Positions 27,875-39,724 are shown, numbered from the stretch's first letter. The stretch: 64,000 nt of DNA from an uncultured delta proteobacterium (GCA_963810935.1 CAWEPK010000012.1:64001-128000), one strand, 5' to 3'. Translations and numbers: made by a program. The notes: generated from the letters alone by a model not told the origin.

Positions 27875-28777
27875 ATGCGATACGATAGAAAGAAGGGGAT
27901 CATTCTAGGCGTTTCCACCCTCGCGGGGGTGATCGCAGGAGCGATCGTCCTTATGATGATTAACGCCTCGTTCCTCAAGGCGCCCGACGGGCCGCCCCAG
28001 ATGGCTGCGGCCGTGGCCGCCCTCAGGACCGCCGGTACGCAGGCCGCCCCCAGCGGGCCGGACTACGCCGCCATCACGAAGAGGAACCTCTTCAGGGCTA
28101 AGCTGGAGGTAGAGGTCCCGAAGCAGAAAACGGCCGCCGAGATAGAGGAAGAGACGCTTGCCGGCATCGTGAAGACAATGGCGCTTAAAGGGGTTATGCT
28201 GGGCGCCCGCAAGCGCGACAACTACGCGATCATCGACAGGGGCGGACCGAAGGGTGTATGGGCCTATGAGATCGGCGAAGTAATCGAGAGCGGCCTTGCC
28301 CTCAAAGAGATCAGGAAGGACTCCGTGCGCCTCCAGAAGGGGGACTTCGATATAGTGCTGAGGCTTTTCGCGTCCGCAGCCGAGCGCTCCAAAGGGGCGA
28401 GCATACCTTCGCCTGCTGCAAAGCGCGTTGTCGCAAAGATCGAAGCCGGGAAGGACGATATAAAGAGAGAGGGGTCGGTCACGCGCATCTCCAAGGCTTT
28501 GGCGGACCGGCTCAAAGCGGACGGCAATACGCTCATGTCTTCGATAGCGATCAAGCCGATGGCGGATGGGGTGAAGGTCGTCGCGGTGGACCAGGGGAGC
28601 ATAGCGCAGAAGATGGGCATAACACCCGACGATACACTACAGGAAGTGAACGGGCAAAAGCTCTCTTCGGCCAACGATATGAACCAGGTCTACGATGCGC
28701 TGAAGAACGCGACCGCCTTTGAAGTTAAGGTTTTACGGGGCGGGAAGTCAGAGACGCTCCGCTATGAGATAAGATAG
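27875..28777 (+). CDS. gspC: T2SS protein GspC (HR + PDZ)
   Basis: TM, Y.AI.KRNLF, LKGV...AII, C-terminal PDZ (G...D.L.EVNG..L...V.RGG....L.YEIR). Confidence 0.82.
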   Translation: MRYDRKKGIILGVSTLAGVIAGAIVLMMINASFLKAPDGPPQMAAAVAALRTAGTQAAPSGPDYAAITKRNLFRAKLEVEVPKQKTAAEIEEETLAGIVKTMALKGVMLGARKRDNYAIIDRGGPKGVWAYEIGEVIESGLALKEIRKDSVRLQKGDFDIVLRLFASAAERSKGASIPSPAAKRVVAKIEAGKDDIKREGSVTRISKALADRLKADGNTLMSSIAIKPMADGVKVVAVDQGSIAQKMGITPDDTLQEVNGQKLSSANDMNQVYDALKNATAFEVKVLRGGKSETLRYEIR

Positions 28778-28798
28778 GTTAAGCGCGAGGGGTGATCG

Positions 28799-30853
28799 TT
28801 GCTGCACAGAAAGAGCGCACTATTTGTATGGCCCTGCCTCGCCCTGGCCCTGGCCGTCTCGCAGACAGCCATGGCCCAGAGCGACAGGGGCGGTCCGGCT
28901 TCGCTGCCCGAGGGCGTTGTAGTGCGCGTCGAGGCTGCGGCCCCGGCCGGCCCCTCCCAGCCGTCCGATATTAAGCCGCCGCAGGCACCGCCCCAGCAGG
29001 TAACGCAGGCACCGCCGGCACCGCCGGCGTCATCATCCCAGGCGGCCGCTTCCTCTACCCGGGAACCCGATACGTCCCAGCCGCCTGTACCGCCAACCGT
29101 GACCCAGGCGCCTCCTCTTGCGCCTGCGCCTTCGCTTGCGCCCGAAAAAGCGGCACCGCCTTCGTCACCCCCGGCCCAGCCTGCGCCGGAAGCCAGGTCG
29201 CCCGTCCGGGCCCGTCCCGTGACCCCCCCGTCGCAGGGGGGCCTGGTACAGATGCAGTTCGACAATATCGAGCTGCGGGACCTTATCAGGTTCGTCAGCA
29301 ACATCATGGGGAGGAACTTTATTTACGACGAGGCGATCGTCAAAGGCAGGGTAACGGTGCTCTCGCCGAGGACCCTCAGCAAGGAAGAGGTCTTCAGGGT
29401 TTTCGAGAGCGTCCTCAACTATTTCGGCTTCACGATCATGGCGACGCCGGAGGCCGATAAGATAGTGAGGTCCGCGGACGCAAAGGGGATGGCGGTCGAG
29501 ACCCTCGACCGGAAGAAGTTTATGACCCTCTCCCCGGAAGAGCGGATAACGACGCTTGTCTACCCCCTCCATTACCTCGACTCCAACGCGATGGTCGGGG
29601 TCCTCAGGCCGCTCATGTCGAGGGACGCTTATCTCGTGAGCGTTGCCTCCGCCAACTCGCTCATCCTCATCGATACGTCGGCGAACCTCCAGAGGCTCAG
29701 GACGGTCATCGAAGAGGTCGATATCCCCGTCTCCCGCCAGCTTTCCGGGATCGAGGTTTACAACGTGCAGCATACGAACGCGGCAGACCTGGCCAAGTCG
29801 CTGCAAGCCCTTCTCGCCGAAGGGAAGAAGGCGGCGACGCCGAGGGAGAAGGTCTTCATCACCGCCTATGCCCCGTCAAACTCGCTGCTCATCAGCGCGC
29901 CCCCTGAAGACATCAGGGAGATAAGGCGCATCGTGGACGAGATCGACACGTACAAGCCGCAGGTGCTCGTCGAGGCCGCGATCATAGAGCTGTCCCTCCA
30001 GAAGACGCAGACCCTGGGCGTCGAGTGGGTCGTCGGCGGCGCGGCCAACGGATCGAAGATCATCGGCGGAAATATCATAAGCACGAGCGCAGCCACGGGC
30101 GGCGCCCTCGTTCCCCTGGCAGCGGGCATCGCCGCGAACCAGCCGGCTACCGCACTCGGCGCGCTCAAGTCCGGGCTCAATATAGGCGTAGTGGGGCAGA
30201 CGATAAACTTCGGCGGCATCTCGTTCCCGAGCGTCCAGTCCTTCGTACAGGCCCTGGCTGCCGACGTTAAGACGAACGTCCTCGCCACGCCCCAGCTTCT
30301 GACCCTCAACAACGAAGAGGCGGAGGTGCTCATAGGCTCCAACGTGCCTTACACGACCAGCGTGCGCCTCGACTCCGCCGGCAACCCGATCACGAACTTC
30401 GACTATCGCGACGTGGGCGTGAAGCTGAAGGTAAAGCCCTACATCAACAAGGACGGCCTCGTCTATCTCAACATCTTCACCGAGGTCACGCAGATAACGA
30501 GCACGCTGGCCACGGTCGGCTCGGGGCAGCAGCCCGCGCCGACGACGACGAAGCGGTCCACGAAGACGACGGTCGGCGTCAGGGACGCCCAGACCATCGT
30601 CATAAGCGGCATCATCCAGGATACGCTCTCCGACACGGAGCAGGGCGTGCCGCTGCTCAGCTCCATCCCTATTCTCGGAAGGCTCTTCCAGTACAGTGCA
30701 AAGAGCGACCAGAAAGTGAACCTCCTCGTTTTCCTCACGCCGAGGATAATCTACGACGCGAAGACGCTCACAAAGATAAGCGAGGAGAAGAAGGCGCTGC
30801 AGCAGAAGCTGCTCGTGCCACCCGACAAAATGCAACTTCAAGGACAGAAGTAA
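28799..30853 (+). CDS. gspD: T2SS secretin GspD with long Pro-rich N-terminal linker
   Basis: N0 ([11 protein letters not shown]), KH repeats, [50 protein letters not shown]. Confidence 0.93.
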   Translation: MLHRKSALFVWPCLALALAVSQTAMAQSDRGGPASLPEGVVVRVEAAAPAGPSQPSDIKPPQAPPQQVTQAPPAPPASSSQAAASSTREPDTSQPPVPPTVTQAPPLAPAPSLAPEKAAPPSSPPAQPAPEARSPVRARPVTPPSQGGLVQMQFDNIELRDLIRFVSNIMGRNFIYDEAIVKGRVTVLSPRTLSKEEVFRVFESVLNYFGFTIMATPEADKIVRSADAKGMAVETLDRKKFMTLSPEERITTLVYPLHYLDSNAMVGVLRPLMSRDAYLVSVASANSLILIDTSANLQRLRTVIEEVDIPVSRQLSGIEVYNVQHTNAADLAKSLQALLAEGKKAATPREKVFITAYAPSNSLLISAPPEDIREIRRIVDEIDTYKPQVLVEAAIIELSLQKTQTLGVEWVVGGAANGSKIIGGNIISTSAATGGALVPLAAGIAANQPATALGALKSGLNIGVVGQTINFGGISFPSVQSFVQALAADVKTNVLATPQLLTLNNEEAEVLIGSNVPYTTSVRLDSAGNPITNFDYRDVGVKLKVKPYINKDGLVYLNIFTEVTQITSTLATVGSGQQPAPTTTKRSTKTTVGVRDAQTIVISGIIQDTLSDTEQGVPLLSSIPILGRLFQYSAKSDQKVNLLVFLTPRIIYDAKTLTKISEEKKALQQKLLVPPDKMQLQGQK

Positions 30854-32379
30854 TGGAATCTTTGGCAGCACGCGATCAAGAGCTGGCGCCGGTCCCGAAC
30901 CGCATAGCCAGGATACACCACTCGTTCTTCCAGAAGAACGGCGTCGTCCCGTTGGGCGTCAAGGACGACCCCCCTACGCTCGTCGTCGCGGTCTGCGATG
31001 ACGAGCTGGGCTCGCGCTCCGACGTGCTCGGGATCTTCTCGAACATGGCCATCGAGAAGAAACGCGTGCCGAAGGAGCAGTTCCTCGAATTCCTGAACGT
31101 CTTCAGGGAGGAGCAGGGCAGAGAGGTCGTGATCGGCGTCGTCGAGGACTTAGGCGAGACCGCCCTTACGGAGATCGCCCAGGAGATACCGAGCGGCCAC
31201 GACCTGCTCGACGACGCGGCGAACGAGCCGCCCATCATCAAGCTGGTCAACCTGCTCTTCTCCATCGCGGCAAAGGACAGGGCGAGCGACATACACATCC
31301 AGCCCCTAGAAAAAGACCTGCGCGTCCGCTACAGGATAGATGGGCTCCTTTACGACACGTACAAGCCCCCGAAGCGGGCGCAGAACGCCATCGTGTCGAG
31401 GATCAAGGTCATGGCGGGCCTCGACGTGGCCGAAAAAAGGCTCCCGCAGGACGGAAGGATCAAGGTGCGGGTCAACGACAAGGACATCGACGTCCGCGTC
31501 TCGATCATACCGTCCGCGTACGGGGAGCAGGTGGTCATGCGCCTCCTCGACAAGGCTGCGGCGCTCATCGGACTCGACTCGATGGGTATGACGGGCGAGT
31601 TGGAGAAGAAGGTCGTTTCCCTCATCACGAGGCCGCAGGGCGTCTTTCTCGTCACGGGCCCGACAGGCAGCGGCAAGACGACGACGCTTTATGCCGTACT
31701 ACAGTACATCAACACGCCGGAGAAGAATATATTGACCGTCGAAGACCCGGTTGAGTATATCCTCCAGGGCATCGGCCAGATACAGATCAACCCGAAGATA
31801 CAGCTCGATTTTGCAAGGGCCCTTCGGTCTTTTTTGCGGCAGGACCCGGACGTTATCATGGTAGGCGAGGTAAGGGATGAAGAGACGGCGAGGATCGCCA
31901 TACAGGCGGCCCTCACCGGCCACCTTGTCTTTTCGACGCTCCACACGAACGACTCGCCGAGCGCCCTTACGAGACTCGTTGACATGGGCATCGAGTCTTA
32001 CCTGCTCACCTCTTCCATCACCGCCATCCTCGCCCAGCGCCTCGTCCGGAGGATATGCCCTCATTGCAAGGAGGTCTACGAGCCCACGGAATTCGAGAGC
32101 AAGATCCTGGAGGAGTACGGGGGGACCGGCCGCGTCGTCTATAAAGGGACCGGTTGCCCGGAATGCCTGAACACCGGCTATCTCGGCAGGATCGGCGTCT
32201 TCGAGCTGCTCACCCTGAACAGCAAGATCAGGCAGATGGTCCAGGAAAAAGCGTCGTCCGAGGAGATAAAGACGGAGGCGGTCCGCAACGGGATGACTAC
32301 GCTGCGCCAGGACGGCATCGCCAGGGCCCTTGTCGGAGACACGACAATCGCCGAGATAGTGCGGGTGACGATAGAGTAG
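30853..32379 (+). CDS. gspE: T2SS ATPase GspE
   Basis: [40 protein letters not shown], CxxC..CxxC. Confidence 0.95.
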   Translation: MESLAARDQELAPVPNRIARIHHSFFQKNGVVPLGVKDDPPTLVVAVCDDELGSRSDVLGIFSNMAIEKKRVPKEQFLEFLNVFREEQGREVVIGVVEDLGETALTEIAQEIPSGHDLLDDAANEPPIIKLVNLLFSIAAKDRASDIHIQPLEKDLRVRYRIDGLLYDTYKPPKRAQNAIVSRIKVMAGLDVAEKRLPQDGRIKVRVNDKDIDVRVSIIPSAYGEQVVMRLLDKAAALIGLDSMGMTGELEKKVVSLITRPQGVFLVTGPTGSGKTTTLYAVLQYINTPEKNILTVEDPVEYILQGIGQIQINPKIQLDFARALRSFLRQDPDVIMVGEVRDEETARIAIQAALTGHLVFSTLHTNDSPSALTRLVDMGIESYLLTSSITAILAQRLVRRICPHCKEVYEPTEFESKILEEYGGTGRVVYKGTGCPECLNTGYLGRIGVFELLTLNSKIRQMVQEKASSEEIKTEAVRNGMTTLRQDGIARALVGDTTIAEIVRVTIE

Positions 32380-32534
32380 AGCAAGGTAAACACGATAGTT
32401 GGCGCTCTTTGCGAGGGCGTGCCGGACCCCGGTAATTGCCGGTGTTAATTGGCGCCGATGTTCCGGGTATGATAGTCTGATGCGAAAGAGCGCGGAACGA
32501 AAGAGCGTATAATAAAGTTTTTCTAAGGGACAGG

Positions 32535-33750
32535 ATGAATTACAAGTATTACGCAGTCGATAAGAACGGGAAGCTCGAGCACGGCCGCTTGGAGGCCGAC
32601 GCCGAGTCTACCGCGAAGAACGAGATAAAAAGCAGGGGCCTCTATCTAGTCTCTCTAAAAGAAGAATCTACGGCCCAGGGGAAGAAGAAACGTTTCCTCT
32701 TCTCCTTCGGGATCAAGCAGAGGCTGCCCGTGCAGCTCGCGCGCCAGCTCGCCTCCCTCTTAAGGGGCGGCGTGCCCCTCTTCCAGGCGCTCAGCATCAT
32801 GACCAACCAGCTCGAAGGCGACAGGGAGAAGGAGATAGTCGGCTACCTGCGCGACGAAGTGAAAGGCGGCGCCTCGCTTTCGGAAGCCCTCAAGACCTAT
32901 CCGGAGATATTCGATACACTGTTCATTTACTCCGTGGCTGCCGGCGAAAAGACAGGCGCCCTGGACTCGATCCTCAGGTACCAGGCGGACCTCCTGGAAA
33001 GCCGGGCGATGGTAAAGTCGAAGATCAAGGCCGCCCTCGTCTACCCGGCCATTATGTGCTGCGTCGGCGCCGGCGTCCTCCTCTTCCTGATCGGCTACGT
33101 GGTGCCGATGGTGACGAAGATATTCGACCGCATGAACCAGCAATTGCCACTGCCCACGCAGTTGTTGATGGCCATAACCGATTTCGTCAACAGCTACCTC
33201 ATTTTCTTCGTAATCTTCGCCGTCATCGCCTTTTTCGCCGTCATGCGGTGGGTCAAGAAGAGTGCGAAAGGCAGACAGTTCTGGGACAACTTCGTCCTGG
33301 GCTTCCCCATGTTCGGCGCCCTCTACCAGATGGTCCTGGTCGGCCGGTTCGCAAAGATCCTCGGCACGCTGCTCCGGAGCGGCGTCCATATGCTCCAGTC
33401 GCTCGTCGTCGTCGAGCTCGACGATGAAAAACACCATCGTGGCGGAAGCGGTATTAAACATGTCCAGAATGGTCGAACGCGGGTCGGACCTCTCGATTGC
33501 GCTTCGGGAGACGTCCATTTTCCCGCCGTATATAGCCGACATGGTGTCGGTGGGCGAGTCGAGCGGCAACCTGGAGGAGATGCTGTCGAGCGTCTCCGAG
33601 TACTACGAAAATAACGCGAACCAGAAGATAGCCGCCTTCACGTCGATGGTGGAGCCGCTCATCATAGTCATACTGGGGGCGGTCATAGCGTTTATTCTCG
33701 TCTCGATACTTTTGCCTCTGTTCGAGATGAACAAGGTGCTGATCAAATGA
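32535..33750 (+). CDS. gspF: T2SS inner membrane protein GspF; +1 frameshift near 33415
   Basis: [39 protein letters not shown]; two ORFs join. Confidence 0.92.
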
Positions 33751-33767
33751 AGTTTCAAGGAGGACAC

Positions 33768-34226
33768 ATGCTACGTGCAAGAATGGAAAACAACCGGGGA
33801 GGCTTTACCCTTATCGAGTTGATGATCGTTATCGTCATCATAGGCATCCTCGCAACCCTGCTCATCCCGAGGATCATGGAAAGGCCGGAGGAGGCACGCA
33901 GGGTAAAGGCCAAGATGGACATCAAGGCCATCGAGAGCGCCCTGAAGCTCTACAAGATAGACTGCGGCTCGTATCCGACCACGGAGCAGGGCCTCATATC
34001 CCTTCTCAAGAAACCCGAGACCGCGCCCGTCCCGCTCAAATGGAGGGAGGGGGGCTACCTCGACGGCACGGACGTCCCCAAGGACCCCTGGGGCAAGCCT
34101 TACTACTATACTTCCCCCACAACGGCCGGGAAGGACTACGAAATCGTGAGCTACGGCCACGACGGCGAGCCGGGCGGAACAGGCAAGGATGCGGACATTA
34201 CGAGCCTTGACATCTCGAAAGACTAA
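33768..34226 (+). CDS. gspG: T2SS major pseudopilin GspG
   Basis: [45 protein letters not shown]. Confidence 0.95.
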   Translation: MLRARMENNRGGFTLIELMIVIVIIGILATLLIPRIMERPEEARRVKAKMDIKAIESALKLYKIDCGSYPTTEQGLISLLKKPETAPVPLKWREGGYLDGTDVPKDPWGKPYYYTSPTTAGKDYEIVSYGHDGEPGGTGKDADITSLDISKD

Positions 34227-34719
34227 GGGTTTTACCCTAGTCGAGCTGCTCGTCGTCATCCTCATTCTCTCTATCTTCCTCACCTTCGCTTCCGTAAACT
34301 GGAACGTGGGGACGAAAAAAGGGAAGGAGGCCCTGCTGGAGAAGTTCTCGATCGACGTCGCCATGATCAGGGAAGACGCGATCTCGAAGTACGAGGACAG
34401 GGTCATCGAGTTCGACGTCACCAACAACACGGCCCGCATCGGGAGGATCGACCTGAAGCAGGGTTTTGTGGAGACGAACCGTCTCGATCTTGTGAAGGAC
34501 TACCGGATCAAGGACATACTCATCAACGGGCAGCCGTATTCGCAGGGCAAGTGCTACATGACCTTCTATACCAGCGGCATGGTAGACAGGGCCGTCATCC
34601 ACGCGGAGGGAGACCCGGGACCCTATTCATTAACGGTAAATCCTTTGACGGCAAAGGTCACAGGGGATAATGGCTACATCCAGGAAATCACCATCAAGGG
34701 CAGGGACAACTTTACTTGA
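34189..34719 (+). CDS. gspH: T2SS minor pseudopilin GspH
   Basis: [11 protein letters not shown] prepilin motif; position after gspG. Confidence 0.75.
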   Translation: MRTLRALTSRKTKGFTLVELLVVILILSIFLTFASVNWNVGTKKGKEALLEKFSIDVAMIREDAISKYEDRVIEFDVTNNTARIGRIDLKQGFVETNRLDLVKDYRIKDILINGQPYSQGKCYMTFYTSGMVDRAVIHAEGDPGPYSLTVNPLTAKVTGDNGYIQEITIKGRDNFT

Positions 34720-35101
34720 GGTAATGATCGCGATTGCGATCGCCTCCCTCGCGCTCGTCTCCTTTATCAGTCTCGTACTAACGTCGGTAGACATGGAATA
34801 CCACGCGAGGAAGATAACGGACGCGACGTTTGCCGCGGACGACAAGATGAAGGAGATAGAAAGGCTCGGCTACCCGGAACCGGGGCAGACCGAAGGGCCG
34901 ATCTATGCGCAGCAGGCGCCTGCGCCCGGCAGCGTGCTGTCCATAGGCTCGGCTGCCGCACAGGCGCCGACCGACTTTACGTATAAGGCGACGGTGACCG
35001 AGACGCCGATTCAGAACGTGCGCCAGATAGACGTGGAGATTTACTGGGACAAAAAGCGCCGGTCGGTCGTGCTGACCACGTTCATCGCCAAACAGCAATA
35101 A
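34670..35101 (+). CDS. gspI: T2SS minor pseudopilin GspI
   Basis: [15 protein letters not shown]-terminal VRQIDVEIYW. Confidence 0.75.
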   Translation: MATSRKSPSRAGTTLLEVMIAIAIASLALVSFISLVLTSVDMEYHARKITDATFAADDKMKEIERLGYPEPGQTEGPIYAQQAPAPGSVLSIGSAAAQAPTDFTYKATVTETPIQNVRQIDVEIYWDKKRRSVVLTTFIAKQQ

Positions 35102-35143
35102 ACGTTTTCAGTTGCAAGGCGACCGGGAAGACCTCATGACATC

Positions 35144-35506
35144 TTATTTGTCGCCCGTCGGCTCTATTAGTCCCAGGCGTATTAACTTTTGTGCCAGGGA
35201 ATATATATCTTTCTTGTCGCTTTCTTTGCGGAGGCCCACTGCGACAACGAGGACGATCACGGCTGCCGCCTCCACGCGGTAGATTATCCTGTACCGCTCC
35301 CCGGCGGCACGCACGCAGCGATATCCCCGCAATTCACCGTGCCACTCCTTGCCCTGCTTGCCGGGGTCGCGCCTAAGTTGGTCGATCTTCTTTATAATCA
35401 GCTCCCTGACCCGCCTGTCCGTTACACCCCTGACCATTTCAAGGGCCGTGGGCGTTATGCGTATGGCGCAGGTCAGCCCTTCAGCCCTTTTTTCGCGCTT
35501 TCCCAC
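35144..35506 (-). CDS. RelE/ParE family toxin (true start possibly ~35476)
   Basis: P.KQGK...GELRGYR.VRA.GERYRIIY.V....V.V.AVG.R; directly downstream of antitoxin. Confidence 0.85.
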   Translation of the reverse strand: MGKREKRAEGLTCAIRITPTALEMVRGVTDRRVRELIIKKIDQLRRDPGKQGKEWHGELRGYRCVRAAGERYRIIYRVEAAAVIVLVVAVGLRKESDKKDIYSLAQKLIRLGLIEPTGDK

Positions 35507-35745
35507 GGGATCGTTTTGCCCTCCTGCGCTTCCCTCACGCCTCGCCGCAAGGACTTCATCAGTTTTTCATCGCCCATGATCTCTATTGTCTCATACAGGG
35601 CCTCGAAAAACTCCCACGACATTATTGCCAGCACGGGTTTTCCCCTCCGGGTGACGGCCACCGTCCGGTCTCTGCCCTCGGCTTCCAGGTCTTCGGGCAG
35701 CGATGTCAGCTTCTTTCTCGCCTCTATCATGGGTATCGTCTGCAT
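35473..35745 (-). CDS. Phd/YefM family antitoxin
   Basis: I...EARKKL, V.VTRRGKPV.AIMS.E.FE.L.ET.EI. Confidence 0.9.
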   Translation of the reverse strand: MQTIPMIEARKKLTSLPEDLEAEGRDRTVAVTRRGKPVLAIMSWEFFEALYETIEIMGDEKLMKSLRRGVREAQEGKTIPWESAKKGLKG

Positions 35746-35764
35746 GTACCACCTCATTAGTGAC

Positions 35765-35793
35765 GTACTACTAAAGGTACATTATAGTGTACA
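35765..35793. promoter_or_regulatory. Candidate TA autoregulatory operator
   Basis: GTAC cores at 35765, 35777, 35789 (12-bp spacing), the last as TGTACA, upstream of the antitoxin. Confidence 0.55.
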
Positions 35794-35805
35794 TGTCAGG
35801 GAAAG

Positions 35806-37146
35806 TCAATCCGTTCTGACAACTTGTCTTTTCGCCACGCCGGTAGTTTTGAAAACGCCCTCTCCCGAAAAGCGGACGATGGGGGTAGCAAGGGTAGACG
35901 CGGCGAAGGCTCTCCGTATGGCGTCGATTTCGCCCAGGGCACGGAGGACTTCCGTCTCCGTGAGGTGTGCGCCCTCTGCACCGTAGACGTCCACGTGCAG
36001 GCGGAAAATGGCATCGTCGCCTTTCGATACCGAGGCCCGGTAATCGAGGAGGCCGGGCAGGCCGAAGAGCGCCTCGTCCATGTCGGGCAGCGTAAGCATT
36101 GGCCAGCCGCGCCCCAGGCTGGTCCTCCCCTCCCACCTGCCTTTCACAGCCTCCATCCGCCGCAGGGCAGACCCGCAGGGACATGGCTCAGAGATCATCC
36201 GCGCGATGTCTCCCGTCCTGTAACGAATAAGGGGCATGCCTTTGCGCGTAAGCGTCGTGAAAACGACTTCGCCCGTTACGCCGTCGGGGCACGCCTGGCC
36301 CGTCTCGTGGTCCACGATCTCGAAATAGAGGTCGGCTTCCCTCATGTGGTAGCCCTCAAGCGCTGCACACTCGACACAGCCGCCGAGGCCCGTCTCCGTC
36401 GTGCCATAATGGCCGAACACCCGGCAGCCCCAGACATTCCCCAGCGTCCCGGTTATCGCGCGGGGCACGTAATCCGTGCTCAGAAGCACGCTCTCTATGG
36501 CCCCTTTGGCGATTGCGGACCCTTCTTGCGAAAGCGCAACGGCCAGCACCTGCGTAGGGATGCCGACGAGGCAATGGGCCCCGAACGAGGCGATTTCGCG
36601 CGCAGCGCCGGGCGGGTCCGACACAGGGCCGTAGATAAGGACGTCTGCGTCCATCCTCCGCAAGCCCCGCGCGAGGAGGTCCCCCACGCTGTCCGGCTTC
36701 TCGCCCGGCAGGAGGATCGCTACCTTTTGCCCTGGCCGCACCATCGTGCCCATGCCGTTATGGAAGAAGTCCACGGTAAGCTCCAGGTCTTCCTCCGTGA
36801 AGAAGAGGCGCTTGGCCTCCCCCGTGCTGCCCGACGTGCGCAGGGTGACGATGCGGGCTATGTCGTCCTGCGGTACGGCAAGGAAAGAAAACGGGGAGGC
36901 TGCGATATCCGACGGCGTAGTAAACGGGACCCGGCCGATCTCCGATAGACTGTCGAGGGGCGCATCGGGAAGCCCGGCAAGATTGCGGCGATAGAAAGGC
37001 GCGCTGCGGCGGGCGTAGTCGATTGTCTCGTTTATCTTTCGGAGTTGATAGTCTTCCAGGGCGTCGGTAAACGCGCTGCCCTCCTTCGCGCCGCCGATGC
37101 CTGCCTTTTCCGCGATCCATTTTTGCAGCGGCGTGACGGGTATCAT
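35806..37146 (-). CDS. DVU_1553-family AMP-dependent CoA ligase (phenylacetate-CoA ligase-like)
   Basis: TSGSTG..KR, HYGTTETG, GEVVFTTL...MPLIRYRTGD. Confidence 0.88.
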   Translation of the reverse strand: MIPVTPLQKWIAEKAGIGGAKEGSAFTDALEDYQLRKINETIDYARRSAPFYRRNLAGLPDAPLDSLSEIGRVPFTTPSDIAASPFSFLAVPQDDIARIVTLRTSGSTGEAKRLFFTEEDLELTVDFFHNGMGTMVRPGQKVAILLPGEKPDSVGDLLARGLRRMDADVLIYGPVSDPPGAAREIASFGAHCLVGIPTQVLAVALSQEGSAIAKGAIESVLLSTDYVPRAITGTLGNVWGCRVFGHYGTTETGLGGCVECAALEGYHMREADLYFEIVDHETGQACPDGVTGEVVFTTLTRKGMPLIRYRTGDIARMISEPCPCGSALRRMEAVKGRWEGRTSLGRGWPMLTLPDMDEALFGLPGLLDYRASVSKGDDAIFRLHVDVYGAEGAHLTETEVLRALGEIDAIRRAFAASTLATPIVRFSGEGVFKTTGVAKRQVVRTD

Positions 37147-38560
37147 GCTTCCTGCCGGCGGTAGAGCCCTGTTCCGTCCGTGGCCGTGCAGTTGTACGCG
37201 CAGAACGGGATGAGCCTGCCGTCACGGCTGATAACCGATATGCAGCAGCCGCGCAGGCGCTCGAGGTCGAGGTTATGCGCGTCCTGGAAGGCCATCGCCG
37301 ATATGGTGAAGCTCCGCTCCGCGATGTTTTGCAGGAAATCGTCAAGGTCGATTGCGCCCTCGACCCGCACCGCGTCAGCCCCTACCGTACCGCAGCAGGG
37401 AATCTTTGAACCGGGCGAGGGGCGGCTAAGCAGAGACGGCGCGGACGGCAGCGTCCAGCGGCGCGATACTGTCTCAATGGTCTTCCCTACCCCGCCTGGG
37501 CCGGCAGCCGGGCAGCAAGTGCCTGCTTTCGATTCCCCAAGCGGCCTCAGGCCCCCTTCCGCCTGGATCATGTACGTGGCATGGAAGGAACAGTGGGCGT
37601 GCTCGCAGCCCGGAGGCGAGAAATCGGCCGTCTTCATAAGACCCGCAGTCTGCCGTTCAAGGGCTCTCATCAGCTCGGGGAGCGTAAAGCGGCCGTCGTC
37701 CCCGCGCTGCTTCGGGAAGCGGCCGAAGAAGCTCGCCGGCTGGAAGTGGATACCGCGCACTATGGGGGCAAGCTGCATGGCAACGCGGACTATGGAGCCC
37801 ACCGAGCCTGAATTGACGCCTGCGATGATGGTAGGCACAAGGATGACGCCCAGGCCCGCCTCTCCGCAGTTGCGGACGGCGCGGAGCTTCTCGTCCAAAA
37901 GCGGCCTGCCCCGCATGGAGCGGTAGACCCGTCGTCCACGCCGTCGAACTGGAGGAAAACCGACGAGAGGCCTGCCGCGGCGAGGCGCTTGCAGTATTCG
38001 ATATCGCGCCCAAGGCGCAGGCCGTTCGTGTTGACCTGGATGAAAGAATAGCCCGCCCTCCGCGCAGCTTCAACGATCTCCGGCAGGTCGTCGCGCAGGG
38101 TCGGCTCGCCTCCGGACAATTGCAGGTTGCACGGCCCGGCTGCCGCCATGGCGCGCCCGAAAAGCCATTCGATCTTATCGGCGGGCAGGTCGTCTTCCCG
38201 GCCCCGGCCCGCATCGGCGAAACAGACTGCGCAGGCCAGGTCGCACCGGTCGGTCACCTCGATGAGGACCGAGCAGGGCATCTGCACGTGTTCAGCACAT
38301 AAGCCGCAGTCGAAGGGACACCCTTTCTCTACGTCCGCGTAGCAGACCTCCGGGTGCACCGGTTCTTTGGGCCTTTGCCATTCGGCCATCGACGGCTCCC
38401 CCCGCCATATGACCGTCCGATAAGCGCCGTGCTCTTTGCACTCCTTGACGAGAAAGACGTCGCCGCCTTCGGTGAGCCGCGTAGCTTTGATCTTCTTCAG
38501 GCAGACGGGGCAGACGCTCATCGTCTCAGATGGGTAAGCGTTTTTCATCGTATCGTTCAT
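37143..38560 (-). CDS. trsS: Radical SAM protein TrsS; -1 frameshift in a G run near 37928
   Basis: SVCPVC..C.EHG, CPFDCGLC..H, C.L.C.VC, QFDG, HFQP, RL..CCI....G..IPFCAYN. Confidence 0.85.
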
Positions 38561-39224
38561 GGCGTGGCCGTCCTGCCGTGGCCTTTCACGGCTGCGAGAA
38601 GGAAGTAGCTCAGGCGCTGCCCGCACCTCCATGCGCCGGGCAGGCAGGCGCCCGCAAAGATCATGCGCGCCGCAAACTCCTTAAGCTGCCTCTCATATTC
38701 TTCCCATAGAATGACAGAAAAACCGAGGCCGGTCAAAAGGCCGGTGAGCCACTCCTTGCCGATAAAGCCGTCACCGTCCGGCTGCCCGGGGCCCGAGCCG
38801 CCAGGCGCGAAGACGTCGCTTATCACGAGCCGCCCGCCTCCTTTCAGCACCCTGGCGTATTCCGCGAGAGCAGTCTCTTTCCTGGCGACGACCGAAAGGA
38901 CGCACTCGCAGAAGAGGGCGTCGAATGATGCGTCCCTGAAAGGCAGGGCCTCCGCGCGCCCGTCACGAGACTGCCGGGTGCGCACCGCGATGCTGCCTCG
39001 CCGAGGAGCGCACCGGAACAATCCAACCCAACGCCTTGCAAGCCGGCGGCCTCCAGGTATTCGAGCGTCCCCCCTGCCCCGCAGCCGATATCTCCTGCAA
39101 GACTGCCTGGGGCTAACCCGCAGGCATCCAAGGCCCGCGCAGTGAGCAAAGGGCCTCCGGGCCTTATGCAGGGTCCGGTGACGCGTCCGACGTCCGGCCA
39201 GTTGAAAGAACAATCGAGAGTCAT
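38557..39224 (-). CDS. trsM: DVU_1556-family SAM methyltransferase; frameshift near 38960
   Basis: RPGG..LT, DIGCGAG, AEALPF...FD..FCECVLS, RVLK.GG.L.ISD; trs cluster context. Confidence 0.8.
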
Positions 39225-39245
39225 GCGAAGGACCGCACCAGGCGG

Positions 39246-39455
39246 CTACTTGTCTTCGAGGGCTTGCTCCGCTTCGAACATCTTAACGGTCGCCAGCTCT
39301 TCATCAATAAGTATCATACCGCATCCGGGACACGCGGGGAGGTCGGCGGCAAAGATCGTCCTCCTGTATTGGAGCCTGATCGTCTGCACTTCCGGCGGCA
39401 CGCCGCACTTGTTACAAATCCATCCACCGCAGGCGGCCTCATACCTTTCGCTCAT
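39246..39455 (-). CDS. DVU_1557-family small CxxC-CxxC protein
   Basis: W.C.KC...L.Y....F...LP.CP.CG..LI.EELA..KM.EAE..LEDK. Confidence 0.85.
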   Translation of the reverse strand: MSERYEAACGGWICNKCGVPPEVQTIRLQYRRTIFAADLPACPGCGMILIDEELATVKMFEAEQALEDK

Positions 39456-39724
39456 ATCCCCGGCCTCTTCATCTCCATCCTGTGCGAATAGGCACTGTGG
39501 ACATCGTATTCGTCGCCGACGCGGCTGTATTCGACCCAGAAGGTGACCCTGTCCGGCCGCAACGAAGCCAGGGAGCGACCGTTCACAGGGTTTACGAACT
39601 TCTCCCCTGTGGCCTCGGCGTGGCCGATCACCACCTGAATGTCCTGCTTCGTGATGCCCCTCGCCTCCATAAGGCGCCCGACCCTCTCGTCGATGCGCAG
39701 GCGAATCTCTTCATGGCTGTCCAT
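39452..39724 (-). CDS. Stand-alone domain resembling the C-terminus of the trs-cluster oxidoreductase/dicluster protein
   Basis: ME.R.I...DI..VI.HAE.TG...VTFWVEY......VH.AYSHRM. Confidence 0.7.
   Translation of the reverse strand: MDSHEEIRLRIDERVGRLMEARGITKQDIQVVIGHAEATGEKFVNPVNGRSLASLRPDRVTFWVEYSRVGDEYDVHSAYSHRMEMKRPGI

Noticed and set aside
37143..38560. Selenocysteine in TrsS
   Set aside because: The break is a frameshift, not an in-frame TGA, and the C-terminal CC is encoded TGC TGC.
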